This document shows, in pieces, positions 55,926 to 64,000 of a stretch of 64,000 nt of DNA. This DNA comes from Candidatus Harrisonbacteria bacterium (GTDB lineage Bacteria > Patescibacteriota > Minisyncoccia > UBA6257 > WO2-44-18): contig JACOXP010000006.1 of assembly GCA_016182295.1 (NCBI GenBank), positions 9,298 through 73,297 of the forward strand, written 5' to 3'. A program made the translations under genes and the position numbers. Under the pieces are notes generated by a model. It made no database searches, had not been told where the DNA came from, and saw only the letters and a program-made list of their open reading frames with translations. Numbering within the stretch: the first letter of the stretch is position 1; the number at the start of each line of letters is the position of its first letter.

Positions 55926-58900
55926 TTTTAATCCCGGTTATACTGGGATTTTTCTTTGCTACTCAACCTGCGAGTGCGTACAGTACCAAAACCCACGCTT
56001 TTTTAACTAAAGCGACCTTGGAGTCGTATAACAAGCATTTTGAAAGTAAAATAGACGAAGAACTATGGCCGTATTTGATTGACGGCACTCGGAAAGAAGA
56101 TGAGTTTCCAAGATATTGGAATCATTTTTATGACCCCGTAAACGACAGGGGTCTAGAATCGGGGATTTATGGAAACGGCTATAAGTCTAAAAAATGGGCA
56201 ATGGACGACAAAGCCCAGAAGAGCAGCCTTTATAGAAACGCGGCAACCATCGGGTCAATTTTGACAGCCATTCAGCAGAGAAGCTTGGAAGGTTTTACGA
56301 TTCAGTCAGATTACACGTGGCAACAGGCAGTCAAACAATACATTGCCGGCGATGAGGAAAAAGCGTTTTACGCCCTAGGTCACGTTTTGCATTTGATTCA
56401 GGACGCTTCAGTGCCCGACCATACCCGCAACGATCCCCACCCGCCCATAGAAGGCGGCAGTCCTTACGAGGATTGGACCGAGCGGTTTAATTTGGAAAAT
56501 CCGGATAATGCCGTGCGGCTCCAAGTTTTATATAAAAAACCAGTTATTTTAGAAACTTTGGAGGAATATTTTGATTCCATAGCCAATTATTCTAATAATA
56601 ATTTTTATAGTCGAGATACAGTCGGATTAACTCATGGATATAAAATGCCAGAACCAGATTATTTTGCTCTATACGATGGTGAAAGTTACGGATTTAAAAC
56701 AGATAAAGAATTTGGCGATTACAAACTTTTATGGGGCAACGGAATTTTTGAATGGTCATCTGGAGGAGGAGCGCTTTTAATTGGTTTAGATCCAGTACTG
56801 AATGACTACTGGAACCGCCTTTCTGTAAAAGCGGTTCAGCATGGGGCGGGAGTGATTGATTTATTTTTTAAAGACGTTGAAAAAACGCGCAAAGAATTGG
56901 CAAATATTGAAGAAAAGAAATCCTTCTTCGCTCAAATTGTTGACGCGGTGAGAAATCTTTTTGGCGGTGACTCGGAAGACGAGCCGGTGCTAGAAATTGA
57001 AATTACCAGTTCGGATTTGATCAATGATTCCAAAACAGATCAAACAAATCAAATTGCCCAAATTGAAGAAGCGTCTAGCGTGATTGATAGTATAGAAATT
57101 CTTAATGAACAATTTGAAACCATAGTTGAGCAGGAACAAGTCCAATGGTGCGGATTTACAACTAGCAAATCGCCGACCAAGCAAAATTTAATAATCAACG
57201 AAGTTGCCTGGATGGGCTCAATTTCGAGCGCCAATGCTGAATGGATTGAATTGAAAAACATTTCCGGTTCCGAATTGGAGGTTGCTGATTGGCAAATGTT
57301 TGACGCAAAAGAGGATATCAAAGTAAAACTTTCGGGAAAAATTCCGGCTGGAGGATTTTACCTGCTTGAGAGAACTGACGACGACTCCGTTCCCGGCGTT
57401 TCGGCTGACCAAATCTACACAGGCGCTCTTTCCAATACTAGCGAGGGATTGCGGCTGTTTAATACAAGCTGTGATTTATTGGATGAGGTGATAGCCAATC
57501 CGAATTGGCCGGCTGGAAGCAATAACAATAAACACACGATGGAGCGAATGAATAATTTTTCCTGGAGAAATTATAGCGGCGGACAACAAAACGGTATTTA
57601 TGGAACTCCTAAAGCGGAGAATAGCTCCGGAGAAAATCCAGATAGCGCTAGTTCGGGATCGCCGACTCCCAAATCTGACCCGCAACCAACTTTGACGCCA
57701 ACTCCTACTCCGACTCCGACTCCTACTCCGACTCCTACTCCGACTCCAACACAAACTCCAACGCCAACCCCCACACCGGAGCCAGGACCGACTATCCAGA
57801 AAGTTTTAATAAGCGAATTTCTTTTTGACGCCGAGGGAAGCGACAGCGGCAAAGAATTTATTGAGCTTTACAATCCCGGGGATCAGGCCGTTGATATTTC
57901 CAATTGGTCCGTTCAGCATGTTTCCGGAAGCGGTTCTATAAGCAAGAAAAACTTTGAGACGGGAAATTCTATCGCGCCTAAAAGCTTTTTTCTTATTTGG
58001 CTTGGCAATTCGCCGGGTTCGCCACAAGCGGATATGGTTTGGGCGAGCGGAAGTTTAAATAACACAAACGCCACTATTTATTTGGTTGGCGATACCTCGC
58101 AAATTTCCACCACCAGCCCTGTTTCAGTTGACGCTGTCGGCTATGACGTCAATAATATTTCCGGATTTTCCGCGGGAATGAGTTTAGAAAGAAAAGCACT
58201 TTCTGGAAGCGATTGTGTTTCGGCTCAAAACGCCGGCGAATACTTGGGAAATGGTTGCGATACTGATCAAGCGAACGATTTTGAATTAAGAGAAACACCG
58301 AATCCGCAAAACACCCAAAGCTTGCCGGAGCCGCGCAATTCTCCGGCAGCCGCGGAAGACTTCAATGCTGAGGCGAACAAACTCAGCGTTGATTTTAGTT
58401 GGACTGCCGAATCGAATTTAAATTACGAAATTTACGCGAAAATCAATTCCGATTATTCGCTTCTTGGATCAACCCCGGATAGCGGTTACTCAACCTTAGT
58501 TAAAGAGACCAGTCGGGATTATACCTTTGTCATAAAATCCATAGACAAAGACGGCCTTTCTTCGGAAACCTTGCCAGAAACCATCGTTGAAGTCCCCAGC
58601 TTGATTACCGGAATTGATTTTCACGGAGACCCGAATGTCGCAACCAGCACAAGAATTCAAATCAACTTTGCCGAATATCCGTTCGTGCCGACTATTTTCA
58701 ACAAGCCGAACACCTGGAAAATTTTAGTTTTCTATCTTAATCAAGTTCCGGACAGCGCCCCGAATTACTTAAATACCGCTATTAGTTGGCAGCCCGAAGA
58801 TTTGTCAGGGATATTGTATATAAAATACCCCGGTTGCGCCGGCGGAAATTCTCATCATTATTCTTTGATAATACCGGATGTCGCGGAACGTTGCGGAACC

Positions 58901-59104
58901 GGCGGAGGAGTAATGAACAGAGCTTTTTATTTCGATAAAATAAATGAAAATGATTTAGAACTTGAGGTAATTTCAGAAACGGGATTTTCGGACACTGATT
59001 ATCTTACCGTGGCTTATTATGATTTTTCCACATCTGGGGGAGGAAACCAGGGGTTTAGTTTAGCGGCAATTGATAAGACAAAATATTATTTTCAGGCGGA
59101 TTGA
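55904..59104 (+). CDS. Secreted protein: Zn-dependent phospholipase C/P1-nuclease-like domain, two lamin-tail domains, Pro-Thr linker, Fn3-like region
   Basis: Signal peptide (ASA|YSTKTH), NHFYDP, LGHVLHLIQD..VPDH, INEVAW...EWIELKN, ISEF...EFIELYN. Confidence 0.75.
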   Translation: MENRKLVILIPVILGFFFATQPASAYSTKTHAFLTKATLESYNKHFESKIDEELWPYLIDGTRKEDEFPRYWNHFYDPVNDRGLESGIYGNGYKSKKWAMDDKAQKSSLYRNAATIGSILTAIQQRSLEGFTIQSDYTWQQAVKQYIAGDEEKAFYALGHVLHLIQDASVPDHTRNDPHPPIEGGSPYEDWTERFNLENPDNAVRLQVLYKKPVILETLEEYFDSIANYSNNNFYSRDTVGLTHGYKMPEPDYFALYDGESYGFKTDKEFGDYKLLWGNGIFEWSSGGGALLIGLDPVLNDYWNRLSVKAVQHGAGVIDLFFKDVEKTRKELANIEEKKSFFAQIVDAVRNLFGGDSEDEPVLEIEITSSDLINDSKTDQTNQIAQIEEASSVIDSIEILNEQFETIVEQEQVQWCGFTTSKSPTKQNLIINEVAWMGSISSANAEWIELKNISGSELEVADWQMFDAKEDIKVKLSGKIPAGGFYLLERTDDDSVPGVSADQIYTGALSNTSEGLRLFNTSCDLLDEVIANPNWPAGSNNNKHTMERMNNFSWRNYSGGQQNGIYGTPKAENSSGENPDSASSGSPTPKSDPQPTLTPTPTPTPTPTPTPTPTPTQTPTPTPTPEPGPTIQKVLISEFLFDAEGSDSGKEFIELYNPGDQAVDISNWSVQHVSGSGSISKKNFETGNSIAPKSFFLIWLGNSPGSPQADMVWASGSLNNTNATIYLVGDTSQISTTSPVSVDAVGYDVNNISGFSAGMSLERKALSGSDCVSAQNAGEYLGNGCDTDQANDFELRETPNPQNTQSLPEPRNSPAAAEDFNAEANKLSVDFSWTAESNLNYEIYAKINSDYSLLGSTPDSGYSTLVKETSRDYTFVIKSIDKDGLSSETLPETIVEVPSLITGIDFHGDPNVATSTRIQINFAEYPFVPTIFNKPNTWKILVFYLNQVPDSAPNYLNTAISWQPEDLSGILYIKYPGCAGGNSHHYSLIIPDVAERCGTGGGVMNRAFYFDKINENDLELEVISETGFSDTDYLTVAYYDFSTSGGGNQGFSLAAIDKTKYYFQAD
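57695..57779 (+). repeat. Coding hexamer repeat (Thr-Pro)n
   Basis: ACTCCN units encoding a TP linker. Confidence 0.9.
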
Positions 59105-59115
59105 TCCCGCAATGG

Positions 59116-59144
59116 TTGACGAAATGAGATTTGCGTGATAGAAT
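59116..59144 (+). promoter_or_regulatory. Sigma-70 promoter with extended -10
   Basis: TTGACG-17 nt-TAGAAT with TG. Confidence 0.7.
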
Positions 59145-59185
59145 TGCCGCATTGAACCTTGATTTTAATTTTTAAGGAGGAAAGT

Positions 59186-59812
59186 ATGCCGATCAAACAG
59201 GTGGCGTGCGCGTACTGCAATCAGCAAGTCAACAAGGCGCAGACTTACCACATCGGTGGGGGAAGACGCGCCTGTAGAACACACGAGGGTGTTCTACAGA
59301 AAAAGGATCAGTTGGAGCAAAGCCAGAAGGCAAGGATCCAACAAGGGATTGAGCGACTAAACAGAAAAAAGGAAAGAGGGTTCGCGCCGTTACCGCCCCA
59401 AACCAATCCCACGAAACCGAATTGCTGGGTGTGTGGCGTAAATGGCTTACGGCAAGACGAGTTTTTCCTTCGCCTCTTAATGGATCGCGAAAAGGCGCGC
59501 AAAATTTACGGATATGTCAATCCTCTTGACCTTTCTCACCCCGCGAACCATCCTATCAAAGAGCCATGTATTTTTGTCGTGCCGAAGGAAAAGTGCGCAG
59601 ATGTGATTGGGCATTTACCCTGGTACCTTCGGGAGCTTCCCGAAATGTCAGGAGTTGTGGCGATCTGCGGGCTGTGCGCCTATAAACACAAAGTAGACGC
59701 GTTGCCGGAGATTGACGCGGATCAACTGATGAAATTTTCCGTCATATACGAAACCTTCTTCAAGCCGATGCTGCAGAAAGCGGCCTCACGGGAACTGACC
59801 AGAGATAACTAG
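59186..59812 (+). CDS. Hypothetical Cys-rich (putative Zn-binding) protein
   Basis: SD AAGGAGG; CAYC, CRTH, CWVC, CGLC. Confidence 0.7.
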   Translation: MPIKQVACAYCNQQVNKAQTYHIGGGRRACRTHEGVLQKKDQLEQSQKARIQQGIERLNRKKERGFAPLPPQTNPTKPNCWVCGVNGLRQDEFFLRLLMDREKARKIYGYVNPLDLSHPANHPIKEPCIFVVPKEKCADVIGHLPWYLRELPEMSGVVAICGLCAYKHKVDALPEIDADQLMKFSVIYETFFKPMLQKAASRELTRDN

Positions 59813-59814
59813 TT

Positions 59815-60240
59815 TTATTGCCCGACTTCAGATGGAGTCGGGCAAATTTTTTCTTTGTTGCTTAAAAGTTTTTCGGTGACGGCGGCGGTGATTTGATTGA
59901 TGACGCCCGGGTCGTCGTTTTGCTTCAGCACTTCCTCAACTATTTCCTTGGTGCGGTCGAGAGTTTCGACCGCCGCTTCGGGATTATCAAGATTGGCTTC
60001 GACAATTTCACGGAGAGTAAAAAGATTATTATCTAATTCGCCGAGGAGCTTTTCCCGCCTGTAAGCGGGAGTGGCGTAGATGTCTTCGGCGGTTTTTTTA
60101 ATTTCGCCGGGCAGGAAAGAGATGCCGCTGATGTAGTCCAGCCCCCTTTCTTTTATATTGTTGGGGGCGAAATAAAAGGCAACCCCGGCGATTCCAGTCA
60201 AAACGGCCAGGACTACTAATAAGCGTATTGCTTGAAACAT
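59815..60240 (-). CDS. Membrane-anchored hypothetical protein
   Basis: N-terminal TM; TATAAT lies 7 nt before the ATG. Confidence 0.7.
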   Translation of the reverse strand: MFQAIRLLVVLAVLTGIAGVAFYFAPNNIKERGLDYISGISFLPGEIKKTAEDIYATPAYRREKLLGELDNNLFTLREIVEANLDNPEAAVETLDRTKEIVEEVLKQNDDPGVINQITAAVTEKLLSNKEKICPTPSEVGQ

Positions 60241-60264
60241 CCTTTTTATTATAGAATATTGACT

Positions 60265-60876
60265 ATGAATACCAAATTTATTTTACCGGCAGTATTAATG
60301 CTGGCGCTGGCCATCGGCGGAGTTTATTTCTTTTCCAAAGGTTCGAATTCCGGAATGGACAGCGAAGCAAATCAGGCGAATTTGAACGGCCGATTTGCCG
60401 GAGACGTGTTCGCTGTTTTGGATACCGATCACGGGACGATAAAGATAAAATTTATGCCGGGAGTCGCTCCGAAAACCGTGGCCAATTTCGTGAATTTGGC
60501 CAAGGAAGGATTTTACGACGGTCTTATTTTCCACCGCGTCATTAAAAATTTCATGATTCAGGGCGGCGATCCCAACGGCAATGGGACCGGCGGGCCGGGC
60601 TATGATTTTGAAGATGAAATAAATCTTGAATCGGAATTGTATGCTTCGGGTATTTATAAAAAGGGAATGATGGCGATGGCTAATCGCGGACCCAACACCA
60701 ACGGCAGCCAATTTTTCATAATGGTTGACGATTTGCCGTTGCTTCCGAATTACACGATTTTCGGGCAGGTAGTTGATGGGCAAGACGTCGCGGACGCTAT
60801 CAGTTTGGTTGATACTGACGAAAAAGACATGCCGTTGGAGCAAGTTGTCATCAATAAAGTGACAATTTTGGAGTAA
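60265..60876 (+). CDS. Cyclophilin-type peptidyl-prolyl isomerase, membrane-anchored
   Basis: APKTVANF, FHRVIKNFMIQGGDP, MANRGPNTNGSQFFI. Confidence 0.95.
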   Translation: MNTKFILPAVLMLALAIGGVYFFSKGSNSGMDSEANQANLNGRFAGDVFAVLDTDHGTIKIKFMPGVAPKTVANFVNLAKEGFYDGLIFHRVIKNFMIQGGDPNGNGTGGPGYDFEDEINLESELYASGIYKKGMMAMANRGPNTNGSQFFIMVDDLPLLPNYTIFGQVVDGQDVADAISLVDTDEKDMPLEQVVINKVTILE

Positions 60877-60953
60877 ATTTTTTTTTAATTGACTTTTAAA
60901 AATTTTTAGATAGAATAGGGGGTAGAACGTTGCCATTACTATTGGAGGCCCCG

Positions 60954-61325
60954 ATGAAATATTGGGAAGAAATAGCGGGCTGGATCGAAAGGTTCATTTC
61001 TTTAATAGACAGGCGAAAGGTATTTTGTTCAATAATTAGTTTCCCCGTTATTTCCGCAATCGCCATTATTCTTATTTGCGGACGTCTCGGAGAGGTTAGC
61101 GTGTCCGGTTTTGCTCTTGGGTTCGCGCTCGCGATGGCGGTGTTGTTTTTTTTACACGGTGTTCTTTCACTCATCAAAGAAGCGCTGTTGAGACGTAGCA
61201 TTCGGAGAGGCGTTGCCAGAGCTAAAGGAAAAAGCGAAGATTTTCATCCGACCTTTTTGGCGAAGGGAAGCTTGGACGATATGGATGACGACGAAATTAA
61301 CCGTCGTTTCAGGAGGTCAAAATGA
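60954..61325 (+). CDS. Hypothetical 2-TM protein
   Basis: SD GGAGG before ATG 60954; promoter TTGACT-16 nt-TAGAAT. Confidence 0.55.
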   Translation: MKYWEEIAGWIERFISLIDRRKVFCSIISFPVISAIAIILICGRLGEVSVSGFALGFALAMAVLFFLHGVLSLIKEALLRRSIRRGVARAKGKSEDFHPTFLAKGSLDDMDDDEINRRFRRSK

Positions 61326-61576
61326 ACGACGATATGGATTTGCCCGTTTACGTCGGCAATCAGGAGAGCTGCGTGTATTGCGGAAAAAAATTTCTTATTA
61401 ATGAAGTTATCGTTGCCTGCATGAAAGAAACTAGAACGTCCTCAGATTTGGAAGAGCGCATTTTCTGTTATTTCAGCCCGGATGATTCTGACGAGTGTTG
61501 CAGTGTTCAGTACTGCAACATTAATAACGATTACTTCACCCGTTTTAGAATTATGTGCTTCCACGGAAACACCTAA
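61322..61576 (+). CDS. Hypothetical Cys-rich small protein
   Basis: SD GGAGGT, ATGA overlap, CVYC...C...CC. Confidence 0.55.
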   Translation: MNDDMDLPVYVGNQESCVYCGKKFLINEVIVACMKETRTSSDLEERIFCYFSPDDSDECCSVQYCNINNDYFTRFRIMCFHGNT

Positions 61577-61595
61577 TTCTAAAGAAAGAGATTTA

Positions 61596-61622
61596 AAACT
61601 CCCCATGGTTAGTGGGGAGTTT
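61596..61622. terminator. Bidirectional terminator
   Basis: AAACTCCCCA-7 nt-TGGGGAGTTT between convergent genes. Confidence 0.7.
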
Positions 61623-62229
61623 CTTTATTTCTTAGAGGTTTGATAAATTCCTGATAAAACTGTCGCGCTTGGATTTTATAACCGTCAATCGTGCAGTTAT
61701 TGTCAATCTTGAAATCAGTTCGGCATCCGATTTCGTGAACGTGGATTTCATTCGGCGCCTGGTCTTCTTTCAAAAATTCTTCCCAAGTTTTGCTTTCATC
61801 GCTTTCTTTCTCTCTTCTTGTTTTAACGCGCTCATAACGAAGAGCCGGATCGGCCATAATATAGACCATAATCCCGCCCATTTCTCTGATCGCGGTTTCG
61901 TCGGGAAGCCAACGGACTCCGTCGGCGATTATGATTTCGTAACGCTTGCGGGGATTCTCTTCCGTTTCCCTCATTTTATTGAGGAAGCCGACAGTTACGG
62001 CGTCGGCTCTTTTTGATTCAAGCTGCTGTCCGAGCCACTGCAGATTTTCTCTGGTGGTCGGAATGCCATAATGCTTCAGAGTTTCAAACAAAGAGTCAGA
62101 AAATTTTACCGTTCCTACGCTTGGCCAGAAATCATCTTCGCGCATTACCGCTTCCAGGGTCGATTTGAAAGTGCTTTTGCCCGCGCCTGGCTTTCCAACC
62201 AAACCGATGATCACGCGTTCTATTCCCAT
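61609..62229 (-). CDS. P-loop nucleotide kinase (dephospho-CoA kinase/NMP kinase-like)
   Basis: IIGLVGKPGAGKST, RENLQ, DGVR, RYER. Confidence 0.75.
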   Translation of the reverse strand: MGIERVIIGLVGKPGAGKSTFKSTLEAVMREDDFWPSVGTVKFSDSLFETLKHYGIPTTRENLQWLGQQLESKRADAVTVGFLNKMRETEENPRKRYEIIIADGVRWLPDETAIREMGGIMVYIMADPALRYERVKTRREKESDESKTWEEFLKEDQAPNEIHVHEIGCRTDFKIDNNCTIDGYKIQARQFYQEFIKPLRNKETPH

Positions 62230-62882
62230 GGCCGTTCTCCTAAAGGTTCAACTTTAAAAAGAATTCTTATCACTTCGAAAAGATTATCCGCCAGATAGTC
62301 CGGCTTGGATGAAGCAAGCTTAGCTTTGGAATTGTAGCCATGAGCCACGCCGATACTGGTCACGCCCACTCGTTTAGCGGCGAGAATGCCGTCGGCGATA
62401 TCATCCACGTAAAAGGCCTCTTCGGGTTTGCATTGGAAAGTATTCAATACTTCCCGAATCTTTATTTCTTTGTCATAAGCTTGGGCGAAGTACGCGTCGA
62501 AACAGTCATGAAGATTAAAATTTTCTAAGCATTTTTCCAGTAGGTCTTTTTGCTCCGCACTAACAATTACTCTAGCGGCGCTGTTTTTCTTGCAGGCCCA
62601 GAGCAAGGTTCTGGCTGTTGAGTAGAGACCTGCCTGGCGCCAACGACGCTTGATGAATTTCTTGCGGATTGCCCGCAGGTCATCAGGATTTGTGTCAGCC
62701 GGAATGCCATGCTTTTGATAAAATGGCATGAAATTCAAGCCGACTTCATCGCAGAAACTTTCCCAGGAAGGCGTCGGCAGTTCGTAGCGCCGGAAGATTG
62801 CTTGAAGGCAGCCCTTCATTAAATCACGGTCATCAAGAAGAGTGCCGTTCCAATCGAACATCCCGAGTTTCCAGTCGGGCAT
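62220..62882 (-). CDS. HAD-family phosphatase
   Basis: FDWNGTL, VS, K, YVDD...GILAAK; SD AGGAGG. Confidence 0.85.
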   Translation of the reverse strand: MPDWKLGMFDWNGTLLDDRDLMKGCLQAIFRRYELPTPSWESFCDEVGLNFMPFYQKHGIPADTNPDDLRAIRKKFIKRRWRQAGLYSTARTLLWACKKNSAARVIVSAEQKDLLEKCLENFNLHDCFDAYFAQAYDKEIKIREVLNTFQCKPEEAFYVDDIADGILAAKRVGVTSIGVAHGYNSKAKLASSKPDYLADNLFEVIRILFKVEPLGERPWE

Positions 62883-62959
62883 TTAACAACCTCCTAAATA
62901 TAGAATTGTAAATGAGCAAACCCTTCGATTCTATTTAGGGCAAGCTATATAATAGTGGA

Positions 62960-63439
62960 ATGGTCGTGATTTTGCAAAACATCAGAAGCCTGCACAACGT
63001 CGGTTCTGTTTTCCGCACCGCCGACGCCGCCGGTATAGAAAAAATTTATCTTTGCGGCATTACGCCGGAGCCGGTTGATCGCTTCGGGAAAATCCAGCCA
63101 CAATTCGCAAAGGTGGCGCTGGGGGCGGAGAAAAGTGTCGCTTGGGAGAGGTGTGGTTCCGCAAACAAGTTGATTGATCGTCTGAAAAAAGACGGCTACA
63201 AAATCTGGACTATTGAGCAAAATAGGAAATCTGCGGCGTACTATAGCTTACGCCCCAAACCCCATACCCTCGCGCGCGCGGCGCTTATTCTTGGTAATGA
63301 AGTGCGGGGTATTGCGTCATCTATACTTAAAAAGGCCGATAAAATTTTAGAAATACCAATGAGGGGCAGAAAAGAATCGCTGAACGTCGCGGTGGCGTTC
63401 GGCATAGTCGCTTTTCATTTGGTATATTGTAGAAAATGA
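62960..63439 (+). CDS. TrmH/SpoU-family RNA methyltransferase
   Basis: NIRSLHNVGSVFRT, GNEVRG, IPMRGRKESLNVAVA. Confidence 0.9.
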   Translation: MVVILQNIRSLHNVGSVFRTADAAGIEKIYLCGITPEPVDRFGKIQPQFAKVALGAEKSVAWERCGSANKLIDRLKKDGYKIWTIEQNRKSAAYYSLRPKPHTLARAALILGNEVRGIASSILKKADKILEIPMRGRKESLNVAVAFGIVAFHLVYCRK

Positions 63440-63897
63440 AGAAATTTTTAATAGCGTTGGGAATTTTCGCTTTAATGATAATCGCTTTTTTGGGAGTGAG
63501 TTTTGTTGGACAAAAAGGCGCTGAAAGCAATCTTCCAAAAAAGGCGTTGTTGGTTGGCAATCAATTTATCCAGGTAGAAATCGCCGGTGATCCAATTTCC
63601 AGATCGCGGGGACTTTCCGGCCGTTCCGGATTGGAGGAAGGCGCGGGAATGCTTTTTGTTTTTGAAGCATCCGGATTGCCGCAGTTTTGGATGAAGGGAA
63701 TGCTTTTCCCCATTGATATAGTTTGGGTAGGCGATGGGAAAATAGTCGGCGTGGAAAAAGAAGCCCCGCCGCATTATGGTTTCGGAGACCCGGAAATTTA
63801 CATGGCTCCGAAGCCGGTGGATATGGTGCTTGAAATTGGAGCCGGCGAATTTGACCGGCTTGGATTGAAAATCGGGGATGCGGTTGTGATACAATAG
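63436..63897 (+). CDS. DUF192-family protein
   Basis: RGLSGR, GMLFVF, FWMKGMLFPIDI, VLEI. Confidence 0.88.
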   Translation: MKKFLIALGIFALMIIAFLGVSFVGQKGAESNLPKKALLVGNQFIQVEIAGDPISRSRGLSGRSGLEEGAGMLFVFEASGLPQFWMKGMLFPIDIVWVGDGKIVGVEKEAPPHYGFGDPEIYMAPKPVDMVLEIGAGEFDRLGLKIGDAVVIQ

Positions 63898-63902
63898 TCA
63901 GT

Positions 63903-64000
63903 ATGAAAGCGCGGATAGCCATAAATGGTTTTGGTCGTATCGGGCGGCTGTTTTTCAGGCAGGCCTATGGCCATAAAGGTTTGGATATAGTCGCTATCAA
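63903..64000 (+). CDS. gap: Glyceraldehyde-3-phosphate dehydrogenase, 5' fragment
   Basis: MKARIAINGFGRIGRL...IVAI; runs off the window end. Confidence 0.9.
   Translation, partial: MKARIAINGFGRIGRLFFRQAYGHKGLDIVAI

Noticed and set aside
57476-57852. Minus-strand (SR)n and (GV)n ORFs
   Set aside because: Antisense shadows of the Thr-Pro repeat
1-64000. Alternative genetic code (TGA = Gly)
   Set aside because: TGA ends many genes with ATGA coupling, and conserved proteins are full length under code 11

Overview
Bacterial DNA with the gene content and style of a Patescibacteria/CPR (Parcubacteria-like) genome. This assignment is inferred from mostly near-leaderless genes, CPR-typical small protein families and short GC-rich palindromes. 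Positions 1-~47.5 kb form one very large surface-glycan locus that continues upstream of the window. It holds nonulosonic-acid genes (neuA/B/C), NDP-sugar epimerases/dehydratases, a split transketolase, four methyltransferases, three paralogous TagF/sialyltransferase-like GT-B proteins, GT2 + GT-C/YfhO modules, Wzx, an initiating phosphoglycosyl transferase and a ligase-TPR protein. Within it are two parallel carrier-protein acylation modules (FkbH-MaoC-KR-ACP-GNAT and AcpS-A-domain-ACP-GNAT), each ending in a paralogous GNAT. The remainder has dsbA, cca with a CCA-less tRNA-Pro(CGG), CPBP proteases, thioredoxin-system genes, a secreted Zn-phospholipase/lamin-tail protein with two paralogous partner genes, and housekeeping genes ending in a partial gap. 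The most notable non-coding observations are: a Cas2/PaaX-like gene bracketed by a perfect 42-bp palindrome and a degenerate copy of it; boxA-like elements in the leaders of the Shine-Dalgarno-led accessory genes; short palindromic elements inserted in or next to cca, trxB and the tRNA; and a duplicated relic trxB start. All calls come from reading motifs by eye; no database searches were run.
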